IMG/VR virus record: IMGVR_UViG_3300029318_000046
Location: 1 to 33,901 of that record
Origin: a virus
Taxonomy: Duplodnaviria; Caudoviricetes
Reading direction: 5' to 3' (one strand)
DNA: 33,901 bases
The notes beneath the pieces are model-generated. The model was not told the origin of the DNA. It did not search any database and worked only from the letters and a program-made list of their open reading frames with translations. How positions within the stretch are numbered: the first letter of the stretch is position 1; each line of letters begins with the position of its first letter. Below are positions 1-7,909 of this stretch, piece by piece. The position numbers and the translations under genes were made by a program.

Positions 1-377
1 CAGCAGATATGGCTGCTAATGTTTCAGCAATATTAAGAAAGGAAGACTTACATATTTATATGAATCCTAAGACTTACGCTTTCTATGTATCAGCAGTATC
101 TACATTAGGATATGTTAATGCTTATAATATGAATGGTGACTACGAGCCTGTATTTGAAGGATACAAAATTGCAGTTTGTCCAGGTATGGTTGACAATCAA
201 TTAGTAGCAGCACAAAGAAGTAATATGTTTGCAGGTACTGATTTACTTTCAGACACTACAAGAATTGCTTTGCTTGATATGGCTAACTTAGATGGTTCAG
301 ACAACATTAGAGTGGTTGCAAAATACTCTATGGGTGTTCAAACAGGAGTAGGAGCAGATATTGTAAGACAATCATAA
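1..377 (+). CDS. Major capsid protein, C-terminal part (5'-truncated by window edge)
   Basis: Homologous to the C-terminus of 26236-27147 (PVFEG..IAVCPGMVDNQLV...GADIVRQS). Confidence 0.85.
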   Translation, partial: ADMAANVSAILRKEDLHIYMNPKTYAFYVSAVSTLGYVNAYNMNGDYEPVFEGYKIAVCPGMVDNQLVAAQRSNMFAGTDLLSDTTRIALLDMANLDGSDNIRVVAKYSMGVQTGVGADIVRQS

Positions 378-390
378 AATTAATACAAGA

Positions 391-414
391 AGCAGGGGTG
401 TAAAAACCCTTGCT
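391..414 (+). promoter_or_regulatory. Stem-loop after capsid gene (mRNA stabiliser or weak terminator)
   Basis: AGCAGGGGT-GTAAAA-ACCCTTGCT; same fold at 27165-27188. Confidence 0.65.
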
Positions 415-439
415 CCTTTAACCTTTAAAACTTATAACA

Positions 440-1006
440 ATGGCGTGTACAGCATTAACAAAAGGTAGAGGACTTGATTGTAATAGAATATCAGGCGGAA
501 TAAAATTTATATATTTCGCAGTTTATGACCAAGTAACTTCAATACCAACAGCGAATGGTGAAATTACTGATTTAGAAATGGGAAGCAATAGTCTTTATAG
601 ATACACAATGCCTTTAGGTGTTGCTAGTCTTACTGATACTATTACAGGCTCACGAGAGAATGGAACGATATTTTATACTCCAACAGTAAATATTATATTA
701 AATAGATTAACAAAAGAAGACCAAAATCAGATAAAATTGCTAGGAGCAACAAAAGTAATTATATTTGCACAATTAAATCAAACAGTAACTGCTACAGGAC
801 ACGATGTTATAGTATGTCTTGGTAGTGTTAATGGAATGGAATTAAATGCTGGTACTATGGATAGTGGTGCAGCATTTGGTGATAGAAATGGTTACACTTT
901 AACTTTTGATGGGTTAGAGCAACAACCTTTCCAATTTGTGCCTGATTATACTACAAACCCATTTGATAATGGTGGATTTACATTAGGTGGTGTAGTATCT
1001 TCGTAG
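440..1006 (+). CDS. Putative major tail (tube) protein, copy A
   Basis: 188 aa, beta-rich, directly after capsid gene and before a terminator; conserved in copy B; function inferred from context. Confidence 0.6.
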   Translation: MACTALTKGRGLDCNRISGGIKFIYFAVYDQVTSIPTANGEITDLEMGSNSLYRYTMPLGVASLTDTITGSRENGTIFYTPTVNIILNRLTKEDQNQIKLLGATKVIIFAQLNQTVTATGHDVIVCLGSVNGMELNAGTMDSGAAFGDRNGYTLTFDGLEQQPFQFVPDYTTNPFDNGGFTLGGVVSS

Positions 1007-1040
1007 ACTTTAATTAGTAGTTTTCATATATTTCTTGATT

Positions 1041-1070
1041 AAGGTGGGCTTATGTCCACCTTTTTCTTTT
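1041..1070 (+). terminator. Rho-independent terminator
   Basis: AAGGTGGGC-TTAT-GTCCACCTT followed by T-rich tract; covarying equivalent at 27836-27864. Confidence 0.85.
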
Positions 1071-1075
1071 AAAGC

Positions 1076-1105
1076 CAAATAAAAAAGACGTTTTTCTATT
1101 ATATA
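1076..1105 (+). promoter_or_regulatory. Putative phage late promoter CAAAT-N14-TCTATTATATA
   Basis: Motif recurs before structural/packaging genes with the same spacing. Confidence 0.75.
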
Positions 1106-1107
1106 CT

Positions 1108-1593
1108 ATGATACAAGTAATTAGTGAGTCTTCTTTCAATATGTACGTAAATACTGAAGGTAATCGTATAGACACATCAGTAAGTTCTGATTTGATAAGA
1201 TACCTAGTAAAGTTTACTAATGATATGGACAAGTCTGTCCAATATGCGTATTCTGACTTACACTTAGTATATGAACGCTACACTAAATTAAGTTTTACTT
1301 ATAATACAACGCCTGATGTTTATACAGGTGCTACTAAACTAATACCGACAGGATATTATAAATATGAAGTATATGAAGTTGCTTGGCCTTCAGGTGGAGC
1401 AGTAGCAATAAGTGCAGGTAATGCTCCTGTAAATGAAGATGACGTATTACCTGTTGCTCCAACACATGGAGTAGTACAGGGATTAGTAGCAATAGGAAAA
1501 TTAAATGTTACTGCTAAGTCAGGAACAGCACAAGTACAATATACACAAAGACAATCACCAAGTGGTACAAACTACATTTGGTATGGACAATAA
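1108..1593 (+). CDS. Hypothetical virion protein, copy A
   Basis: 161 aa; homolog at 27905-28384. Confidence 0.75.
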   Translation: MIQVISESSFNMYVNTEGNRIDTSVSSDLIRYLVKFTNDMDKSVQYAYSDLHLVYERYTKLSFTYNTTPDVYTGATKLIPTGYYKYEVYEVAWPSGGAVAISAGNAPVNEDDVLPVAPTHGVVQGLVAIGKLNVTAKSGTAQVQYTQRQSPSGTNYIWYGQ

Positions 1594-1615
1594 TAACAAA
1601 TAAAAATAATTAAAA

Positions 1616-1900
1616 ATGGCTATAGAAAACGTACAACAACTATTAACTGAACAACTAGGAAAGCATAGATGTGATGTTATTGGAACAACTGCAATGTCAG
1701 GTAAGAAATATTATGCTGTTCATTTTCCTGTAGAAAGTGTAATAGCATCAATAACTGCAACTAATGTACAAACAGGTACAGGTAGTGCTATATCTAACTT
1801 ACATACGACAATGGCGGCAGGAACAACCTTATTCCTTCAAGTAACCGCTATAACACTAACAAGTGGTGTGGGAATCTGCTACTACGAAGACGTTATATAA
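1616..1900 (+). CDS. Small beta-rich virion protein, copy A
   Basis: Shares MAIENVQQLLTEQLGK with 28396-28674. Confidence 0.7.
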   Translation: MAIENVQQLLTEQLGKHRCDVIGTTAMSGKKYYAVHFPVESVIASITATNVQTGTGSAISNLHTTMAAGTTLFLQVTAITLTSGVGICYYEDVI

Positions 1901-2718
1901 TGAAGATATTAAAATTAGGTCAAATGATAGGTGGGGCTAACTCACCAAAACCTTCAGGCTTTGATAATGAATATTCTATAAATTTTGATGGTGTAGACGA
2001 CTATTTGACTTTTGGTGATGCAACAGCATTTACACCTAATGGCTCAGGAGCAGGTAGAGGTTTTTCTATAGGTATGTGGTTTAAAACAACTGATGCTAGT
2101 GCTGGATTTACTAATAAGTTTTTAATTACCAAAACAAGAGCAGCCGCAAGTCAGCAAGAATATGAAATGCAAATACAGTCTACAGGAAAGATAAGTTTAA
2201 AATTTATTGGAGGTGGAGGAGGTTCACTTTTTGACCCTACCACAAGACTAGAAACAAGTACAGCCCTAAATACAGGTGCTTGGAAACATATTGTATTTAC
2301 TTGGAGTCTTGCTTCTCCTGTAACCACGTCTAATTTTAAAGTATATGTAAATGGTAGTCAAGATACATCAGCAACCCTTCTTAATTCAGGAACTATGACT
2401 GCTGTAAAAAATGGTAGTACACCTTTGACTGCTATGGCTTTTGAACCAACAGGTGGTTTGTTTGCTAGGTATACATCAGGTAATACTGATGAAATATTTA
2501 TAGTAGATGATGAATTAAGTGCTTCCCAAGTTACTGATATTTATAATGGTGGTACACCTATAGATATGACTACTATAAATCACTTAGTAGGTTGGTGGCG
2601 TAATGGCGACCCTACAGGTACAGGAGCATTCCCTACAATAACTGACCAAAGTTCTAACAGTAATGATGGTACAATGACAAATATGACGAGTAGTGATATA
2701 GTAACTGATGTACCTTAA
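1900..2718 (+). CDS. LamG/concanavalin A-like lectin domain protein (putative receptor-binding), copy A
   Basis: FDGVDDY, FSIGMWFKT, WKHIVFTW, VYVNGS, DEIFI motifs typical of Laminin_G_3. Confidence 0.85.
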   Translation: MKILKLGQMIGGANSPKPSGFDNEYSINFDGVDDYLTFGDATAFTPNGSGAGRGFSIGMWFKTTDASAGFTNKFLITKTRAAASQQEYEMQIQSTGKISLKFIGGGGGSLFDPTTRLETSTALNTGAWKHIVFTWSLASPVTTSNFKVYVNGSQDTSATLLNSGTMTAVKNGSTPLTAMAFEPTGGLFARYTSGNTDEIFIVDDELSASQVTDIYNGGTPIDMTTINHLVGWWRNGDPTGTGAFPTITDQSSNSNDGTMTNMTSSDIVTDVP

Positions 2719-2728
2719 AACTTAAAAT

Positions 2729-2950
2729 ATGAAATACGTTATATACGAAATAAGCGAAATAGATAAAGTAGACTTTACACAAGTAAGTGAAACAAGTGAA
2801 AATACTTTAAGACTATCAGCAAATGGAGAACAAACTGTGCTTAAATTTGTAGGTGATACTCCTGATTTTTTAGTAGGTTTACAACAATATAATCATTCAG
2901 AGATATTAGAAATAATGGCTACTCCTGAATGGAATAAACAACAAGACTAA
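2729..2950 (+). CDS. Small conserved protein accompanying the LamG gene
   Basis: 73 aa; homolog at 29444-29662. Confidence 0.75.
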   Translation: MKYVIYEISEIDKVDFTQVSETSENTLRLSANGEQTVLKFVGDTPDFLVGLQQYNHSEILEIMATPEWNKQQD

Positions 2951-5040
2951 TGGAAAATATACTTAAAATAAATCTAGCAACTGAAACTGCTCCTACTGTA
3001 CAAGAAGTACGTGGAAAAGACTATATAGAATATGGAACTGAGAATTGGAGAAACTTATACCCACAGTTTATTATAGACCTTTATTACAATTCGTCAACAC
3101 AAGCGGCAATAATCAACGCTACAGCAGAGATGATTGCAGGTGAAAATCTTATAATAGAAGACGAAGATGATAGAGATTTAGAAGCAAGAGTTAAACTACA
3201 AAACTTTATGGATAGGGCTAATGGTAGTGAAAGCCTACACGAAGTCTTAAAAAAGGTAGCATTTGACTTTAAATTACAGGGAGCATTCGCTCTTAACGTG
3301 GTATGGTCAAAAGATAGGACTCAGATTGCTGAAATTTACCACATAGGAGTGGAGAAAGTTAGAGCAGAAAGACCTAACGAATTTGGTAAAGTAGAAGCAT
3401 ATTATATTTCTAGTGATTGGGCAAATACAAGAATACACAAACCTTATAGAGTACCTGCTTTTAATGCTAATGATAGAACGTCAGCAAATCAGATTTTATA
3501 TTCAGGTCTTTACAGTCCTAATATGAATGTATATCACACACCTGACTACATAGCGGCAAATAATTGGGCGTTAGTAGACCAAAGAGTAGCAGAGTTCCAT
3601 TTAAACAATATATCTAATGGTTTTGCAGGTAGTTACTTTATATCTTTTGCAAATGGTGTACCAACACAAGAAGAAAGATTCCAAATAGAGCAAAGTCTAG
3701 CAGATAAATTCACAGGAGCAAGTAATAGTGGTAAGTTTGTACTTACGTTCTCAGACGATAGAAATAGAACACCTGAAATAACGCCTATAAGCGTTTCTGA
3801 CGCAGATAAACAGTATTTAGCACTACAAGAGTTATTAGTGCAAAATATCTTAACAGGACACAGGGTAACTAGCCCTATGCTAATGGGTATTAAAAACGAT
3901 ACAGGATTAGGGTCAAATGTAGACGAATTAAACGCTGCTGCTAATTTTTATCTAAACACAGTAGTTAAGCCATTCCAAGACCACATAGTTAAAGTTCTTA
4001 GAAAAATATTTCAAGTTAATAATATGGATATGCCTGTTAACTTTGTACAATTAAAGCCTATTACTGTTAAATTTACAAGTGAAGACTTAAAGGCTGTAAT
4101 GACTGAAGACGAAATTAGAGAAGAGTTAGGCTTAGAACCTTTAGACATAGAAGTAAGAGAAGACTTTGCTAAAGTAGGTAGTATGATTACTGATGGCGTA
4201 GAATTGCCTTTGTTTGACACAAAAGAAGAAGCAGAAGCAGAAGCAAGAATAATTGGTTGTAGTGGCTCACACGAACATACACAAGATGGAAAGACTTATT
4301 ATATGCCCTGCGAGTCACACGACCAAATAACTAATCTTAGTAAGTGTAATTGTTCAGAAGAAGAGCCTTATAGATTGTCAGACAAAACTGAACTAGAGCA
4401 ATTTATAGAAGAATATGGTGAAGATATACCTGATGGTTGGGAATTAATAGAAGAAGAAAAAGTTGTAGATGAACACGAAGAATTTGACTTTGAAAAAACA
4501 TTAAATGATGCTACTAATAAAAAAATAGAATTAGCAACAAGCACAGGAAAAGCAATACCTGGTAGAAAGTCTGAACAAGATGGTATTTCTAAAAAGACTT
4601 ACGATTATTTTAGAGTGCGTTATGTATATACAAAAGATAATTTTTTAGTAAATAAAACTGGAGAAAATAGAGAGTTTTGTAAGAAAATGATGGCGGCTAA
4701 GAAGTTATATAGAAAAGAAGATATATTAAGAATGTCTGATATGGTTGTTAATGACTATTATTATTCTGAAAGACAAAATAGAAACATAGGTTGGGGGCCT
4801 AAAGGTGCATTAAAGTATAATGTCTGGTTTTACAAAGGGGGCGCACTATGTCACCATTTTTGGTTAAGACAAATATATAAGACTACAATAGGAGAATCTA
4901 GAACAACTAAGATAGATGATGCAGAATTAATAGGCTATACAAAGGCAAGAAGTGAAGGTTTTACTGCTAAAAAGAATAACATACTAGTAGCGAAACCACC
5001 TAAAAGAATGAAGAATAAAGGATTTTTAAAACCAAGATAA
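2950..5040 (+). CDS. Portal protein with long C-terminal extension, copy A
   Basis: Portal-like core (DFKLQGAFALNVVWS, FTGASNSGKF, ILTGHRVTSPMLMG, VVKPFQ) then ~300 extra residues with Cys/His motifs. Confidence 0.85.
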   Translation: MENILKINLATETAPTVQEVRGKDYIEYGTENWRNLYPQFIIDLYYNSSTQAAIINATAEMIAGENLIIEDEDDRDLEARVKLQNFMDRANGSESLHEVLKKVAFDFKLQGAFALNVVWSKDRTQIAEIYHIGVEKVRAERPNEFGKVEAYYISSDWANTRIHKPYRVPAFNANDRTSANQILYSGLYSPNMNVYHTPDYIAANNWALVDQRVAEFHLNNISNGFAGSYFISFANGVPTQEERFQIEQSLADKFTGASNSGKFVLTFSDDRNRTPEITPISVSDADKQYLALQELLVQNILTGHRVTSPMLMGIKNDTGLGSNVDELNAAANFYLNTVVKPFQDHIVKVLRKIFQVNNMDMPVNFVQLKPITVKFTSEDLKAVMTEDEIREELGLEPLDIEVREDFAKVGSMITDGVELPLFDTKEEAEAEARIIGCSGSHEHTQDGKTYYMPCESHDQITNLSKCNCSEEEPYRLSDKTELEQFIEEYGEDIPDGWELIEEEKVVDEHEEFDFEKTLNDATNKKIELATSTGKAIPGRKSEQDGISKKTYDYFRVRYVYTKDNFLVNKTGENREFCKKMMAAKKLYRKEDILRMSDMVVNDYYYSERQNRNIGWGPKGALKYNVWFYKGGALCHHFWLRQIYKTTIGESRTTKIDDAELIGYTKARSEGFTAKKNNILVAKPPKRMKNKGFLKPR

Positions 5041-5042
5041 CT

Positions 5043-5618
5043 ATGTCATACGTATTATTTATATCAGAAGAAAAATTAAAAGAATCTACAGCAATTAATC
5101 TTAACGTAGATGTAGACTTATTATTGCCTTATGTAAGACAGGCACAAAAGTTATATGTAGAAACTAAGTTAGGTACTGACCTTACACAAAAACTAAAAGA
5201 CTTAATTGTAGCAGGTACAATAGGTAATGTAGGTAATGAAGCCTATAAGACTTTGTTAGACGATTACATAGGAGATATGCTACCTAATTGGGCTTTTTAT
5301 CACGCTATACCTTTCTTACGTTTTAAAATAGAAAATGGTAATATATACTCTAAGACTAGTGAAACAGGTACAGCATTATCAGAAACTGAAGCACAACACC
5401 TTAGAGAAGAAGTTAGAAACACAGCAGAATACTATACTGAAAGACTTATAGATTATATTAGAAACAATACATCTTTGTTCCCTGAGTACAATACGAACTC
5501 GGGCAGCGATGTATCGCCTGATTCTAATGCCTTCTACAATGGCATAAACGTTGAAAGACCAATGCAAAAAGGTACAAAGTTAACATTAAGAGATTTTTTA
5601 AGTGCAGGTGACTACTAA
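5043..5618 (+). CDS. Putative head-tail adaptor/connector, copy A
   Basis: Helical 191 aa protein right after portal; homolog at 31747-32319. Confidence 0.6.
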   Translation: MSYVLFISEEKLKESTAINLNVDVDLLLPYVRQAQKLYVETKLGTDLTQKLKDLIVAGTIGNVGNEAYKTLLDDYIGDMLPNWAFYHAIPFLRFKIENGNIYSKTSETGTALSETEAQHLREEVRNTAEYYTERLIDYIRNNTSLFPEYNTNSGSDVSPDSNAFYNGINVERPMQKGTKLTLRDFLSAGDY

Positions 5619-5743
5619 TGAAGAGATTTTATAAAACAAAAATAAAGAACATAACTAAGTTGAAATCCTACTTGGATAGAAAACTAAATATTAAAAATGA
5701 TGAACGAATTAAGAGACACACTACAAGTAGGAGTAGCAAATAG
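5618..5743 (+). CDS. Basic 41-aa micro-protein (MKRFYKTKIKNITKLKSYLD...)
   Basis: TAATG coupling to upstream stop; conserved at 32319-32441; not in ORF track. Confidence 0.6.
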   Translation: MKRFYKTKIKNITKLKSYLDRKLNIKNDERIKRHTTSRSSK

Positions 5744-5858
5744 TACAGCAATAGCATTTAGCATAACTGAATGCAACGAAATATTAACACTTGTATCGTT
5801 AGTGTTAGCAATAGCATTTACAATATATAAGTTCATTAAATTTGATAAAAATGCCTAA
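5697..5858 (+). CDS. 53-aa membrane protein, holin/antiholin-like
   Basis: Hydrophobic ILTLVSLVLAIAFTIYKF; highly conserved at 32401-32559; upstream of endolysin. Confidence 0.7.
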   Translation: MMNELRDTLQVGVANSTAIAFSITECNEILTLVSLVLAIAFTIYKFIKFDKNA

Positions 5859-5985
5859 AAAAAGAAAACTAAATAGCACAAATCCAAAATATAAAAAGGA
5901 AGAAATTAAAGAAAAAAAAGTGCTAAAAAAACTCGTAAAAGAAGTAAAAGGAGTCAAAATTTACACAATTAACAATTTAACATAA
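5851..5985 (+). CDS. Basic 44-aa micro-protein (MPKKRKLNSTNPKY...VKEVKGVKIY)
   Basis: Conserved at 32552-32683. Confidence 0.65.
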   Translation: MPKKRKLNSTNPKYKKEEIKEKKVLKKLVKEVKGVKIYTINNLT

Positions 5986-6085
5986 TATTAAAAAAATAAT
6001 TAGTTCTACTCTAGTGTTTTGAAGATATATATTTTTACATAGTAATATACTAGAAAGACTATTAAATCGCTTAAAACGTCTTAAA

Positions 6086-6457
6086 ATGAGTCATAGAGAA
6101 GATTACACATATTTTAAAATATCAGAATTTGACAGCCCTGATGAAGTAGGTAGTGGCTACAAAATGGATAGAGATTTTCTAATTAAATTAGACTCAGCAC
6201 GTGGTATAGCAGGTATACCTTTTAAAATTACAAGCGGTTATAGAACAAAAAAAAGAAATGAACTTGTAGGTGGTCGCGTAGGTTCTAGCCATTTAAAAGG
6301 TCTAGCAGTTGACATAGGTTACAATGGAAGTAGAGAAAGGTACTTAATAGTACAATCACTAATGCACGTAGGAATAAATCGTATAGGCATAGGCAAGACT
6401 TTTATACATTGTGATGTTGACAACTTAAAAGACCCTGATGTTATATGGTTATACTAA
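6086..6457 (+). CDS. Endolysin, peptidase M15A (Peptidase_M15_3) family
   Basis: ITSGYR, SSHLKGLAVD, FIHCD zinc-binding motifs. Confidence 0.9.
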   Translation: MSHREDYTYFKISEFDSPDEVGSGYKMDRDFLIKLDSARGIAGIPFKITSGYRTKKRNELVGGRVGSSHLKGLAVDIGYNGSRERYLIVQSLMHVGINRIGIGKTFIHCDVDNLKDPDVIWLY

Positions 6458-6493
6458 ATAAATAAATTTGAATATTAATTAAAACTAAATACA

Positions 6494-6682
6494 ATGAAAA
6501 ATTACATTATTTCACAATTACTTACGTCTAAAAAAGTATGGTTAGGTATATCTTCAATAGTTATACCTTTAATTGCTACAACTTTAGGTGTAGATGAAAC
6601 AGCAGTATCACAAATATGGTGGAGTCTTATAGCAATGTTAGGTGGACAATCATTAGCAGACTTTGGAAAATCAGCGAAATAA
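6494..6682 (+). CDS. Holin-like protein (two hydrophobic segments), copy A
   Basis: SKKVW then hydrophobic helices, GQSLADFGK end; follows endolysin. Confidence 0.75.
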   Translation: MKNYIISQLLTSKKVWLGISSIVIPLIATTLGVDETAVSQIWWSLIAMLGGQSLADFGKSAK

Positions 6683-7397
6683 TAGATACCGCTTAAAGCC
6701 ACACGAAATTGCGGCTCTAAAAAAGATGCGAGAAACCGAGACTAGAAATATTCTAGTTATCGGTGACTTGCACGAACCATTTTGTCTTGATGAATATTTG
6801 GATTGGTGTGTTAATCAATATCATATTTATAATTGTAATCAGGTTATCTTTATTGGCGATATAATTGATAATCATTATAGCAGTTACCACGAAACATCAG
6901 CAGATGGTATGGGTGGACTAGATGAGTTAGAATTAGCAATCAAAAGAATATCACGTTGGTATAAAGCCTTTGGTAAAAAAGGTACTAAAGTTATAATCGG
7001 AAATCACGACAGAATCATAATGAGGAAGGCACAAACAAGTGCTATTCCAAGTAAATGGATAAAATCATATAAAGAAGTTTTAGAAGTACCTAATTGGGAA
7101 TTTGTTGACCATTATATACAAGACAATGTATTATATCAGCATGGAGAAGGAGGTACTGCTAGAACATCTTGCAAAAATAATATGATAAATGTTGTACAAG
7201 GACATCTACATACACAAGCATACTGCGAACACTATGTTGGTAAGAATTTTAGAACATTCGCTTTACAAACAGGTTGTGGTATAAATCATAATACTTACGC
7301 AATGGCTTATGCTAAATATGGAAAACGCCCTGCTGTTGGTTGTGCAGTTATATTAAATAATGGTACTACACCTATAAACCTTTTAATGCCCTTATAA
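6663..7397 (+). CDS. Calcineurin-like metallophosphoesterase, copy A (TTG start)
   Basis: GDLH, GD, GNHD, HG and GHLH motifs. Confidence 0.9.
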   Translation: MENQRNNRYRLKPHEIAALKKMRETETRNILVIGDLHEPFCLDEYLDWCVNQYHIYNCNQVIFIGDIIDNHYSSYHETSADGMGGLDELELAIKRISRWYKAFGKKGTKVIIGNHDRIIMRKAQTSAIPSKWIKSYKEVLEVPNWEFVDHYIQDNVLYQHGEGGTARTSCKNNMINVVQGHLHTQAYCEHYVGKNFRTFALQTGCGINHNTYAMAYAKYGKRPAVGCAVILNNGTTPINLLMPL

Positions 7398-7474
7398 TGA
7401 CTCTAAAAGACTCTACAAAACTCACACTATTCTATTTCTTACTTATAATAATAGTATTACTCTTAGCCATATAG
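7397..7474 (+). CDS. 25-aa single-helix membrane peptide (MTLKDSTKLTLFYFLLIIIVLLLAI)
   Basis: TAATG coupling; strongly hydrophobic; not in ORF track. Confidence 0.5.
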   Translation: MTLKDSTKLTLFYFLLIIIVLLLAI

Positions 7475-7479
7475 TATAG

Positions 7480-7540
7480 ATATTAACATCTAAATTGTTA
7501 ATAACTTTGTAAATAATTCTGTTAATATAGTTGTTAATTT
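7480..7540. repeat. Array of TGT(T/A)AATWW 9-mers at exact 12-bp spacing plus one inverted copy
   Basis: TGTTAATAA 7496, TGTAAATAA 7508, TGTTAATAT 7520, TGTTAATTT 7532; inverted ATATTAACA 7480. Confidence 0.75.
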
Positions 7541-7560
7541 AAAATTATTTTGTAATTTAG
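7531..7560 (+). promoter_or_regulatory. Possible Bacteroidota housekeeping-sigma early promoter
   Basis: TTG at 7531 and TAATTTAG at 7553-7560 (one mismatch to TAnnTTTG), before the early gene cluster. Confidence 0.5.
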
Positions 7561-7591
7561 CACTATAATTATTAATTAAAAACATAAAAAA

Positions 7592-7891
7592 ATGAAAACA
7601 ATGAAATTAAGAAAACAAATTAAAGATTTAGGAATTAAAAAAATAGAGAAAGTATTAAAAGAAGGAGGTTTTTTAACTGCTGGGCAATTTACACTTGACT
7701 TTGATATGACTACTCACGACCAAGGAATGAGGCATTTCGAAAGTCCTAGAGGGATGTTTTTTGTTAGCCATTGGGCTATAGTAGCAAAGTTTGAAGGTAT
7801 AGAACAGGCTTTAGAAAACTTTAGTCAAAAGATGGAAAACAGAACTAAATTAAAATTATTTGCTAAACAACCTCAATTCAAATTAGTATAA
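7592..7891 (+). CDS. Hypothetical early protein
   Basis: 99 aa ORF with A-rich start context. Confidence 0.7.
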   Translation: MKTMKLRKQIKDLGIKKIEKVLKEGGFLTAGQFTLDFDMTTHDQGMRHFESPRGMFFVSHWAIVAKFEGIEQALENFSQKMENRTKLKLFAKQPQFKLV

Positions 7892-7909
7892 ATTTTAAAA
7901 CTAAATAAA

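Larger units (their letters stand above)
1..7298 (+). repeat. Copy A of diverged duplicated block (capsid C-terminus to metallophosphoesterase)
   Basis: Gene-by-gene synteny and protein similarity with ~26774-33901 (e.g. MACTALTKGRGLDCNRISGGIK at 440 and 27216). Confidence 0.97.

Noticed and set aside
1900-2718. Diversity-generating retroelement acting on the lectin gene
   Set aside because: No reverse transcriptase and no template/variable repeat pair with adenine-specific mismatches seen.
7480-7540. CRISPR array
   Set aside because: Repeats are 9 bp with 3-bp gaps; no spacers and no cas genes.
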